The notes below the pieces were generated by a model. It was given only the letters and a program-made list of their open reading frames with translations. It did no database searches and was not told where the DNA came from. From positions 27,963,232 to 28,006,180 of the forward strand of contig NC_068985.1 in assembly GCF_001194135.2 (NCBI RefSeq): DNA of 42,949 nucleotides, read 5' to 3'. Shown piece after piece: positions 23,555 through 33,629 of the stretch. How positions within the stretch are numbered: position 1 is the stretch's first letter; each line of letters starts with the position of its first letter. Both the position numbers and the translations under genes were made by a program. This stretch comes from Octopus bimaculoides. Its lineage: Eukaryota.

Positions 23555-23717
23555 TATAATGGCAAGACAGCAAAAGATTGAAAGAGACCTCGATATTATG
23601 TAAATAAAGGAATTTATCTGTAAATATAATATGCGACAATTATTCGGCAGCCATGATAAAATTCCTAGTTCCGATATCCGAAACTCGGAGTTTTATCATC
23701 GCTACCGAATAATTGTC
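23555..23717. mobile_element. Spacerless palindromic element centred on GATATC, right arm truncated into (TA)n
   Basis: About 41-bp arms pair (23635-23675 with 23676-23717) with about 5 mismatches and 1 bulge; the outer left arm matches the 13431-13540 copy. Confidence 0.8.
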
Positions 23718-23763
23718 ATATATATATATATGTGTGTGTGTGTGTGTTTGTGTGTGTGTGTTT

Positions 23764-23803
<40 letters not shown>

Positions 23804-24265
23804 CAATACAGATTTACTAATATGCCTACATACAAACATCAGTGTAAACATATTTGTATGTTTGTATGTGTGTTTATGTGTATATTTGTGTGTCTTACTA
23901 AATGTATGACAAAAGTGAAAACAAAAATAAGAGCAAGTAAACTCACATTAGCTCGTGTACACATGAACTTACACCAGATTAGCCATACGCAGTACATCAG
24001 CCCAATCGCATTTGTATACACCTACACACGGTGACAACCCAGCATAAGCACGTATATTTATCCTTAAATACGTACAAACAGCAGACACCGAAAGAAGATG
24101 TAAGTTCTGAGGGGAAATGATTGAACAGCTACAGTTATGATGTGAAACATTTTGATAAACCAATTAATTTATTAATTATTTAATTGGTAATGAGAAAATG
24201 AAGTTTTTATTCGCAGCATGATCCTACAATGTGCCACATTATCTGATTCAATGCATGATGAATCT

Positions 24266-24483
24266 TAGGCGACGAGCTGGCAGAAACGTTAGCACGACGG
24301 GCGAAATGCATAGCAGTAGTTCGTCTGTCTTTACGTTCTGAGTTCAAATTTCGCCGCGGTCGACTTTGCCTTTCATCATTTCTGGTTCGATAAATTAAGT
24401 ACCAGTTGCGTACTGCGGTCGATCTAATCGACTGGCCCTCTCCCCCAACATTTCGAGCCGTGTGCCTTGAGTTAAAAAGAATA
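24266..24483 (+). mobile_element. SINE family A, full length, tail-A
   Basis: Perfect 12-bp TSD CATGATGAATCT at 24254-24265 and 24484-24495; A and B boxes present. Confidence 0.94.
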
Positions 24484-24585
24484 CATGATGAATCTCGTGA
24501 AACAAGCAGGAAGATGTGTTTTGATAAGTGTATGTATATGTGTGTGTGTGTGGTGTGTGTGTGCATTATTTATATACGTGTATGT

Positions 24586-24968
24586 GTGTTGTCACTCCGT
24601 CGCTTACGACGTCGAGGGTTCCAGTTGATCCGATCAACGGAACAGCCAGCTCGCGAAATTAACGTGCACGTGGCTGAGCATTCCACAGACACGTGTACCC
24701 TTAACGTAGTTCTCGGGGATATTCAGCGTGACACAGTGTGACAAGGCTAGCCCTTTGAAATACAGGCACAACAGAAACAGGGAGTAAGAGTGAGAGAAAG
24801 TTGTGGTGAAAGAGTACAGCAGGGTTCGCTACCATCCCCTGCCGGAGCCTCGTGGAGCTTTAGGTGTTTTCGCTCAATAAACACTCACAACGCCCGGTCT
24901 GGGAATCGAAACCGCGATCCTATGACCGCGAGTCTGCTGCCCTAAGCTCTAAGCCATTGCGCCTCCAC
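24586..24968 (-). mobile_element. SINE type E1
   Basis: 10-bp TSD ACGTGTATGT at 24576-24585 and 24969-24978; near-identical to 12699-13082. Confidence 0.94.
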
Positions 24969-25504
24969 ACGTGTATGTATGTATGTATCTACTTAGAACT
25001 ACGACGTAGATTCTTTCGGAATGACTCGAATTATGATTTTTTTTTTTTTTTAGGGAAAACTACGAAACTCTGTTTCTACACCTTGTTTTCCAATTTCAGA
25101 TATTCGAATGCACGAGACTGTGACTATCTAAGTAATCTATTATAGCATATTTTTTGTTGATATTACTCGTACAATGCTATCAAGCAAATTTATTATAAAA
25201 CCTGCAGAATCTACAACTTCTCGGTATATATGAAAGAAAATTATTCAATGTCTTATCTTTCGTTTTTTCTTTTTTATCAAACGGCATGGTGTAATTTGGA
25301 GAAGATTTTACTGATGTTTCAAGCATGTCGAATGACCATATAGTACACTCTTAGCAATTCATTATGTTGACTATTATATTAAATCTCACAAGTTGTACTG
25401 AATGTTTTTTGCCATTTGTTTTCTTACTTCTGCATTGATACCTTACATGTGCGCTAAATCGTAAATGCTTCCACGTTCGATAAAGTAACTTGACTTCTTA
25501 TTAG

Positions 25505-25680
25505 CGTGTATTGTTGTTTAGCTCCAAGTCATCACTGATTCAGAATGCTTTTAATCACATTCATTCCAACGATGACCACCCTGTTGTTTGCTTCCAATAC
25601 TTCAATATCAAACATGGCCTTAGATATCATCTGTTTAAAGCAGCCGGTTGTTAATCTAGGGAAATCTAGCTGCAACAAAA
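25505..25680 (-). mobile_element. Decayed family D retroposon
   Basis: TTGTTGTTTAGCTCCAAGTCA...CATTCCAACGATGACCA is the reverse complement of the family D 3' end with its (AAC)n tail. Confidence 0.55.
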
Positions 25681-25719
25681 TCGCAGGTTAAGTATAAAGG
25701 ATAATAGTGGGTTGGTAGT

Positions 25720-26625
25720 ATCATGAGAACAGAGGAAAAAATGCCTGGCGACATTTCTTTCGCTTGTATACGGTCTATATTCAGATACTGCTGAGGTCAA
25801 CTTTTTCTGCTGTACTTTCGGGATTGATAAAACAATGTACCGCTGAAGTACTGAAGTCAATGGAATAGGCTAACACCCTGAGCTCAAAAATTATTAGCAT
25901 TGTGCCTAAACCAGGAACCATTGGAGCGTCTGAAAATAATTCCTTGTCCTATTTATTCCGGCTATTTACTTTCTGAGTTCAAATGTTGCTGTGGTCAACT
26001 TTGCCATTCATCCTATTGGAGTCGATTAAAATAACGTAATACCAGTTAAGTGTTGGAGTGGATGGTATCGTTTTACCCAACTTCTCAAAATTATCGACCT
26101 TGTGCCTAAATCAGAAATCATTCTTGCTATACTGCAATGGAAGAGAGCTAGAATAAATAGTTTCCGTCATTTAATTTGGTTCAAGACGGAGAACCGCTAC
26201 AATCGTTAGCACACCGGACAAACGCTTTGCAGCATTTCTTTTGTCTTTACGCTATGGGTTGGAGGTCAACTTTGCCTTTCATCCAATCACGGTGGAGCAC
26301 TGGTGTCGATGTAACTGATTATCACCCTACCTTAAAATTTCAGGCCTTGTCCCTATAATAGAAACGAATATTTAATTTCATTCATAGCACACAGGACAAA
26401 TGCTTAGTAGTATTTTATCTCCCCTTATGATCTGAGTTCAAATTCCGCCGCTGAAAGACCGACTTTGCCTTTCACCCTCCTGCGGTCGATAAAATAAGTA
26501 CCAGATAAGCACTAAGGTTGATGTAATCAACTTTCCCTCAGCTAAAATTTCAGGCCATGTGACTATAACGGGTAGGATTAGCTAACTTGATATGTTCTGA
26601 CTCTTCTGAGTTCAAATATCGTGTG
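25720..26625 (+). mobile_element. Cluster of four decayed family A SINEs plus a head fragment, all in the same orientation
   Basis: GAGTTCAAAT, GGTCAACTTTGCC and CCTTGTG/TCC-type motifs recur at about 25720, 25910, 26185, 26385 and 26595. Confidence 0.75.
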
Positions 26626-27176
26626 CCAGCCGAAATCTTCTCTATAGAAAAAAATTAACCTTGTCCGAAGATGTGTACGCGATAACCTGCACTCGAAATT
26701 TTTCCAATTCCATAAAACATGTTTTGAAAACGATTATCAATATTAATATTGATTGAAGTAAAGATTAAAATCAAAACACTCAAACTAACACACACACACA
26801 TACACACATGCACACACACACACACCTACCCACAAATTAAACTGGTTAGTGTTAGCATATAAAAGCATGCACGACCATTGCAATATAAAGCATATTTATA
26901 TGCTGTGACATGAGACGCATTTCATAAATTACAAGTTACAGATAATGACGTAGGCAGCTCATAAATCAGACCAGTAGTCAACGAAGAAGAACAACAACAA
27001 CAACAAAAACAACAACAACAACAAAAACAACAACAACAACAACAACAATAGCATCATGCTACCTTTTTATAAAATAACTAGTTAGGCCCTAACGTCTAAT
27101 CTGTCTACCATATCTGAGTAATTGATTATATCATTGGAAATGTTTTACCTTTCTTCTACTACAAACATTAAAAACA

Positions 27177-27292
27177 CCACCACCGCTGCTGCTGCTGCTG
27201 CTGCTACTACTAGTACTACTACTACTACTGCTACTGCTACTACTGCTGCTGCTGCTGCTGCTGCTACTGCTCTTGCCACCGTTACTGCTGCT
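27177..27292. repeat. (CAC)/(CTG)n/(CTA)n compound trinucleotide tract; (CAA)n at 26990-27047
   Basis: Directly visible. Confidence 0.95.
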
Positions 27293-27389
27293 GTTGCTCC
27301 AAACACTTATGCTACCAGTAATACTAATATCACTAACAAAATTGTTATTGATATAAGTACAAAATCAGAAATTTTAAGAGAGGGATTAG

Positions 27390-27955
27390 ACGATTGAATC
27401 GAGATAAGTCCTTAACAAGTACTCATTTTAATCCCTCCCGAAGAGATGAAAGCTAAACTTTATTCCGACGTGTTAAGAACTTAGAACATAGAGAGCCGGA
27501 ACAAACAGCGCAGGCACTTTTTCCGACACTTTGAAGATTCTAGACCAGCAATTTTGAGAGGTCTAATCGTTTCTATCGACTCCAGTGTTTAACTGATATT
27601 TTATTCAATCGATCCTGGAGATATAAAAGAGAAGCTGACCTCACTGGCATTCGATGTCAGAACGTAATAAAAAACAAGAAGAAATATCACAAAGCATTGT
27701 ATTTTTAACAAGCCAACGATTTTCAAACTGTTCGTCAACTTAAATAACTGTTTCTAATTTAGACATAAAGCCAGAAATTTAGAAGGGAATCAATTAGTCG
27801 TTACCCTCAATCCAAGTGACTGACCGCTACTTTACTATCTCGACTCTGGAGGAATGAAACGCAAAGTTGGCTTCGGCATGATTCGATTTCAGATCGTAAA
27901 GAACCGAAATAAACCCTGTCGGGTAATTTCCGACGGTCTTAGGATTCCGCAGATT
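27390..27955 (-). mobile_element. Three decayed family A SINEs on the minus strand
   Basis: Repeated reverse-complement core motifs (GATGAAAG, ATCGACTCCAGTG, GAATGAAACGCAAAGTTG). Confidence 0.6.
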
Positions 27956-27956
27956 G

Positions 27957-28021
<65 letters not shown>

Positions 28022-28022
<1 letters not shown>

Positions 28023-28447
28023 GAAATTAAGGCCAATAAACTAGATATAGTAGTCAAAGATCATGAAGAAAAAAATGCTTTCTAATTGATGTATCAATAC
28101 CAGCAGATGACAACGTTTCTCTAAAAGAAATGGAAAAACTTTCAAAATACAAAGACCTGGAAATAGAGGTAACTCGAATGTGGAATCTAAAAACAGAAAC
28201 AATTCCTATCGTAGTAGGCGCCTTAGGTATAATAGAAAAATATTCAAACAAATACATAACAAAACACCAGCACTTACAAATACATATAACATACAGAAAA
28301 TTGCACTACTGGGCACCGCACACATTCTACGCAAAACACTTTCAATACAGTAACCACAAGAGCACCACAGCAAACCACAGCACATACCCAAGGCACACAC
28401 AGCTGCGCTCGGTAGTGAAGTGAAAGCACGTTATAAAAATAAGACTA

Positions 28448-28450
<3 letters not shown>
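28022..28450 (+). mobile_element. 5'-truncated R4/Dong-type non-LTR retrotransposon (RLE domain plus 3' UTR) between (TAA)n tracts
   Basis: EIKANKLDIVVKD..CFLIDVSIPADDNVSLKEMEKLSKYKDLEIEVTRMW...IPIVVGALG...QKIALLGTAHILRKTL; (TAA)n at 27957-28021 and 28451-28540. Confidence 0.9.
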
Positions 28451-28515
<65 letters not shown>

Positions 28516-28542
28516 TAATATGAATAATAATAATAATAATCA

Positions 28543-28786
28543 TAGTTTCAAATTATGCCACAAGGGCAGCAATTTTGGGGGAGTGGATGAGTCAATTAGT
28601 ATTTCACTGGTATTTAATTTATCGACTCCGAAAGGATGAAAGGCAAAGTCGACCAGACGAAATACCTATTTCGTTATTGCCCACAAGGGGCTACACATAG
28701 AGGGGACAAACAAGGACAGACAAAGGGATTAAGTCGATTACATCGACCCCAGTGCGTAACTGGTACTTAATTTATCGACCCCGAAA
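28543..28786 (-). mobile_element. Second family A heterodimer (tail-B monomer cut by a gap, then an internally deleted tail-A monomer)
   Basis: Tail-B end (TTATTGCCCACAAGGGGCTA) is fused at about 28666 to GACCAGACGAAATAC of a tail-A monomer. Confidence 0.8.
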
Positions 28787-28796
28787 NNNNNNNNNN

Positions 28797-28891
28797 AGTA
28801 GTAGTAGTAGTAGTATGGTGGTGGTGGTGGTGGTGGTGGTGGTGGCGGTGGCGGTGGTGGGTTTGGTAGTAGTAGTCGTAGTAGTAGTAGT

Positions 28892-28922
<31 letters not shown>

Positions 28923-28939
28923 CTAGTAGTAGTAGTAGT

Positions 28940-28974
<35 letters not shown>

Positions 28975-28990
28975 TAGTAACAATAATAAT
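28797..28990. repeat. (GTA)/(GTG)/(GCA) compound trinucleotide tract
   Basis: Directly visible. Confidence 0.96.
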
Positions 28991-29053
28991 AATGCCTTTC
29001 TTCATTAACTACAAGAGTTGAGCTGAAGGATTTGCTTCAAAAGTGAACTCAGG

Positions 29054-29527
29054 TCACGTGTATTCACACAGCCTGTTCTGAGTAAAACCATGTTGAATGA
29101 AAGGAGTGAAATGCGAAGGACCAATTACCTTATTCTCATGGAAGGATAAGCGATCTGTCCTTTCTTTCCGGTTATTTGAAAGTGTTTCCACTTGCCAAGT
29201 TCGGATAACTTCCATTCCTTCGGAATATCTTATTCTTAGATTTTTGTAAGTTTCTTTAATTGCTTTTAGGATTGGTATGCGTGAGGTTATGTTATTTGTT
29301 AGCGCGATGCAGTGTTTGTGTGTAATGCTTGTGAGGTGATGTATGTTGATCGTTAATTCTTTCCTGTTTGTTCTTATGGTTGTTATGGCGACACTGGTTT
29401 GGCTTTCACCATCCAGTCCATCGTTTTCGTTGTCATTGTTGCTTTCATCACCTCCGCTTATTATATTGATATTAGTACTGATTGCTTTGGTTTTACAGTC
29501 ACTGTTAAAGTGATTGGGGCGGGAGCG
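29054..29527 (-). other. Stop-to-stop open frame of 157 codons, non-repetitive, product unknown
   Basis: Translated by hand: RSRPNHFNSDCKTKAISTNINIISGGDESNNDNENDGLDGESQTSVAITTIRTNRKELTINIHHLTSITHKHCIALTNNITSRIPILKAIKETYKNLRIRYSEGMEVIRTWQVETL...RLCEYT*. Absent from the ORF track because it lacks an early start codon. Confidence 0.4.
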
Positions 29528-29789
29528 TTAAAACTGCTACCCTACTCGCATCCTGTGAAAGATTTCGAGGTCATGTTTTGATTTCTTTTTAAAGTTCAAG
29601 AAAAAATAAGGATTAGCAAATTCCGCCCCGGTGAGCAATAAGAACGGAACAGACCAATTTCTAGGGATACTGGCCAGTTTTGTAACATCACAAAACAAAA
29701 AAAGTTTGAAAGTAGATTTGATACATAGTAGAAACAAACAAAACTTAACAATTTGAAGAGACGTCTTGCCAATACAAAATACATAATAA

Positions 29790-29935
29790 CTAATTGCTTT
29801 CCGGCAGAGGAGGTAAGTTGATACTATCCACCCCAGTACCTGATTGGCACTTTATTTTATTGACCAGAAGAGATAAAAGACAAAGCTATTCGTTGCGTGG
29901 TTTGAACTTAGGACATGAAAAAACCGTAAATAATT
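29790..29935 (-). mobile_element. Decayed family A fragment
   Basis: CCACCCCAGTAC...TTTATTGACC...GACAAAG...TTTGAACTTAG. Confidence 0.55.
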
Positions 29936-30017
29936 TTTTAACTTATATAAAAAAAAACATGTATTTGAAATTGTTAAAGAAGACAGCTAGGCTATAAAAG
30001 ACAAGTGTGTAATTCTT

Positions 30018-30250
30018 ATTTCTTTATTGCCCACAGGGGGCTACACACAGAGGGGACAAACAAGGACAGACAAACGGATTAAGTCGATCACATCGACTCC
30101 AGTGCGTAACTGGTACTTAATTTATCGACCCCGAGAGGATGAATGACAAAGTCGAACTCGGCAAAATTTGAACTCAGAACGCAACGGCTGACGAAATACC
30201 GCGAAGCATATCGCCCGGCGTGCTAGCGATTCTGCTAGCTCACCGCCTTT
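30018..30250 (-). mobile_element. SINE family A monomer with tail-B
   Basis: 16-bp TSD CAAGTGT(G/C)TAATTCTT at 30002-30017 and 30251-30266; tail ends GGGCAATAAAGAAATAAG. Confidence 0.92.
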
Positions 30251-30369
30251 CAAGTGTCTAATTCTTTAGCGAGAAAAGTGTTGAGTGGGAAATACGAAAA
30301 CCAGTATTTGCATGGAGATCTCTGGTCAAATTCTCTGGTTTCAGTGTCTATATCTAAACTAAATTAAAT

Positions 30370-31660
30370 ACATGCACAGAAATTGGAGAATAAAACATGA
30401 AGGTTGCATAAAAATATCTAGGAGAAGACGAAACTGATGATACACAAACGAATGCGAAATTTTGGAAAACTGTGCTGGACTCCAAGCTTACATTAAAACA
30501 GAATTCAATCTAGGTTCGAATACACTAACCATTCCGGTAATAGTTTCAGCAACAAACTTTGTAGTGAATTGTAGAACTTATAAAGGAGAAATTAGAAAAC
30601 TAACTACTATATTTCGAAACCACACCATTAATGACTCTGATATAGATATACTATAATTATCCTGCACACAGGGAGGATGAAGATGTTTAAGAATAGAGAA
30701 CTGAGGCAAAATAACAATTGTAGGACTGGAGAAAATATTCAGAAATAAGCATATTAAAATTGATTATAGCAGTAAGGAAACACAAAGGAAAGACAGTTTT
30801 CGCTGTATATAATGTGAATTAAAATTACAATCTCTCTAAGTAAAGTAAAAAGAGTCAGATCAGAACAGCAGAAAAGGTTAAAAAATATAAGGCAAAATTT
30901 GACCAACATATAGTGACAAAAACATCATAAAGTTAAGTATGAAGATTAAAACGCTAGCAAAGATTCAAAAACATTGGGCTTAAAGCAGAAGTGAGTACTT
31001 TGATTATAGCTATACGGATCAATGCCTAGCCACACATGAAAAGAAAATTAGGCAGATATACTGATAAGAGTTTGCAATAGGATGGAAATCTGAAACGAGA
31101 CACAGAAGCGCTAATTATTGCCACTCACGAACAAGCCATTTCAATGAATTTGATAAAAGCAAAGATTGGAATAAAATAGTCAAAGAGCAAGCGCAGGAAC
31201 TATGAGAAACAGATGAGAGCATGAACCATACCTTCAGTGAATGCAGTACCTAGCACTAAAAGAGTATAAGCGTTAGCATTGCCGGGAGGTATAATAGTAT
31301 ATTGAGATGTTGGCTGAGTGCGTAGATTCTAAGTAACAGAACAGCGGTATGAACACGAGTCAGAGGCTGTGAGATAGAATAGGAATTAGAGAAATTTATG
31401 GAACTTACCCATAAAGACTATTCATATTCTTGAATCAAGAAGACGAGTTATGATTATACAGGGCAAAAGCAAAACAAAAACTAAGGTCACAGACAATTAT
31501 TTCTGACAGCTACCTAAGATACTGAAGGATACTGGAATTGTACTGTCGACCTGCAGAAAAGTGCAGCCCTGTATTACGCACGAATCGAAAGATTTTGGAG
31601 ATTTAAGAATTGTCACCGAACCCGAAGATAACGTCCATTACTAACTATAAGAGTATGTAA
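30370..31660 (+). mobile_element. Heavily decayed R4/Dong-type fragment
   Basis: Remnant motifs in the expected order: KYLGEDE, VLDSKL, NTLTIPVI, IRKLTT, DIDIL..GG, KRDTEALIIATHEQA, YEH, ESRR, LQKSA; runs into (ACT)n(AAT)n. Confidence 0.65.
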
Positions 31661-31666
31661 TAATTT

Positions 31667-31759
<93 letters not shown>

Positions 31760-31776
31760 TAATAATAATAATAATA

Positions 31777-32424
31777 AAAGCCGTAAAACAGCTGAAATCA
31801 AAACTAGAACTGGAACAACAATGGATCACGATAAAGCGATGGCAAGAAAGACCCTTTCATGGCAAATACTGGGTTAAGCTAAACAAAAAAAAAAAAAGAA
31901 ATAGACAAAGTAAAATCCCAACAATGGCTGAGAAGCTCAGCCCTCAAAGAGGAGACTGAAGGATTTTAATTGCAGCACAAGACCAAAGCCTTCCCACCAG
32001 AAATAGCCAAAACCATATAATGAAAAGAAGCACAAGTAACTGCAGAATATGTGGAAATGGACAAGAGACAATAAACCATATAGTCTCTGGCTGCCCAGTC
32101 CTAGCTAAGAAGGCATATATTCACAAACACGACAGAGTTGGGTTCTATATATACTAGAAGCTATGCCAACACTATGTAATAGCAACAGAAAAAAGACTGT
32201 ATAGGCACATGCCAGAAAAGGTTACAAAAATGAGAAAGCAACTATACCATGGGATATGCTAAAACACATACAGAAATTAAGGCCAATAGGCCGGATATAG
32301 TTGTCAGAGATATCCAAGAAAAAAATACTTTCTAATCAATGTATCAATACCAACAGATGACAACGTTTCTCTAAAAGAAATGGAGAAACTTTCAAAATAC
32401 AAAGACCTGGAAATAGAGGCAACT
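31777..32424 (+). mobile_element. R4/Dong-type fragment with CCHC knuckle and RLE start; 5' end at (TAA)n, 3' end lost
   Basis: WQERPFHGKY...IAAQDQSL...CRICGNGQETINHIVSGC (32041-32094, CX2CX8HX4C)...EIKANRPDIVVRD; closely similar to 28022-28175 in the overlap. Confidence 0.92.
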
Positions 32425-32542
32425 TTGGTCAGCGTGAGGCTATAGTAGAAGACACTTGTCTAAGGTGCCATGCAGTGGGACTGAACCCGGAACCATTTGG
32501 TTGGTAAGCAAGCTACTTACCACACATTCACTCCTGCGCCTA
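32425..32542 (-). mobile_element. 5' half of a SINE family C
   Basis: GAGGCTATAGTAGAAGACACTTG...GGGACTGAACCC...CTTACCACAC. Confidence 0.9.
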
Positions 32543-32559
32543 TGTAGGTAACTGTGAAG

Positions 32560-33480
32560 AAAGTCTATTAAGAGCTGCAATAGGAACGGTAGGAGAAAGA
32601 GAAACCAAAATACCAAATGAATTTAAAAACCAGGAGAAAGAAGAAAGATTATCTGACGGCAAGAAGGCTTTGCGCGGTATATTTCCAGAGATAGTGACAG
32701 AAAATAGTAATAGTGAGACATGGTTGCAGTTTCAGAAAAGAAGGCTGAAAGGGAGACCGATAGTTTGTTAGGAGCAGCACAAGATCAGGCATTGAGGACT
32801 AAGGGGGTAAAAGTCAAGATAGACAAACATCAGGCTGATTCCTAATGTCGGCTATGCAAATAAAAAGAGGAAAATGTTATTCATGTAGATAATGAATGTA
32901 GTATGCTGGCACAAAGAATACACGAATACAAGAAACGGCGCGACAATCTACAGAGAAAAATCCATTGGGAGTTATGTAGAGAGCCAGGATTTAACCACAC
33001 TGTTAAGTGGTATGAGCATAATCCTAATAAAATCCTAGAAAGTAAGAAACATAATATGTTGTGGGTATTAACATTGAGACGGACACAGTAGTAGAAGCTA
33101 GGAGGCCTGAATTAGTAGTATTAGACAAAGAGGATAGAAAGTTCCAGGGAATTGATTTTACAGTCTCCAATGATGAGAAAGTCAATATGAAAAGTATAGA
33201 CAAAAGTAAGACCTAGTATCAGGACCTAGAAATTGAGTTACAGAGGCTATAGGAAGAGTAGAATGTATCCCTGTAGTTATAAGTTCATTAGGAAACTTTC
33301 CTAAAAATTTGGACAGAAGAGTAGAGAAAATAGGCATCAAACTTAGCTTAGTGCAACTCCAGAGCCAGTATTATTAGAGACAGGATACGTCGGAAGTTTC
33401 TTGTCATCTGAGGATATTTGTTGTTATCCAATGTTAGGAATTTTTTTCCAATAATCTAAACTGTTGGAGATATATGAAAT
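32560..33480 (+). mobile_element. Older, divergent R4/Dong-type 3' fragment
   Basis: AAQDQALRT...CRLCK*KEENVIHVDNEC (32846-32899)...IHWELC...KWYEH...EARRPELVVLD...YQDLEIEL...IPVV. Confidence 0.85.
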
Positions 33481-33492
33481 ATAAATGATAAT

Positions 33493-33590
33493 TCTTTCTA
33501 ATACAGGCATTAGGTCTGAAACTGTGGAGGAGGAGGTTAATCGATTATATCGACCCCAGTGTTGGTCTGATACTTATTCAATCGACTCAG
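33493..33590 (-). mobile_element. Family A 3' fragment
   Basis: TAATCGATTATATCGACCCCAGTG...ATCGAC. Confidence 0.65.
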
Positions 33591-33629
33591 AATAATAATG
33601 ACATCTTTTATTACCATTCTTCAATCATT

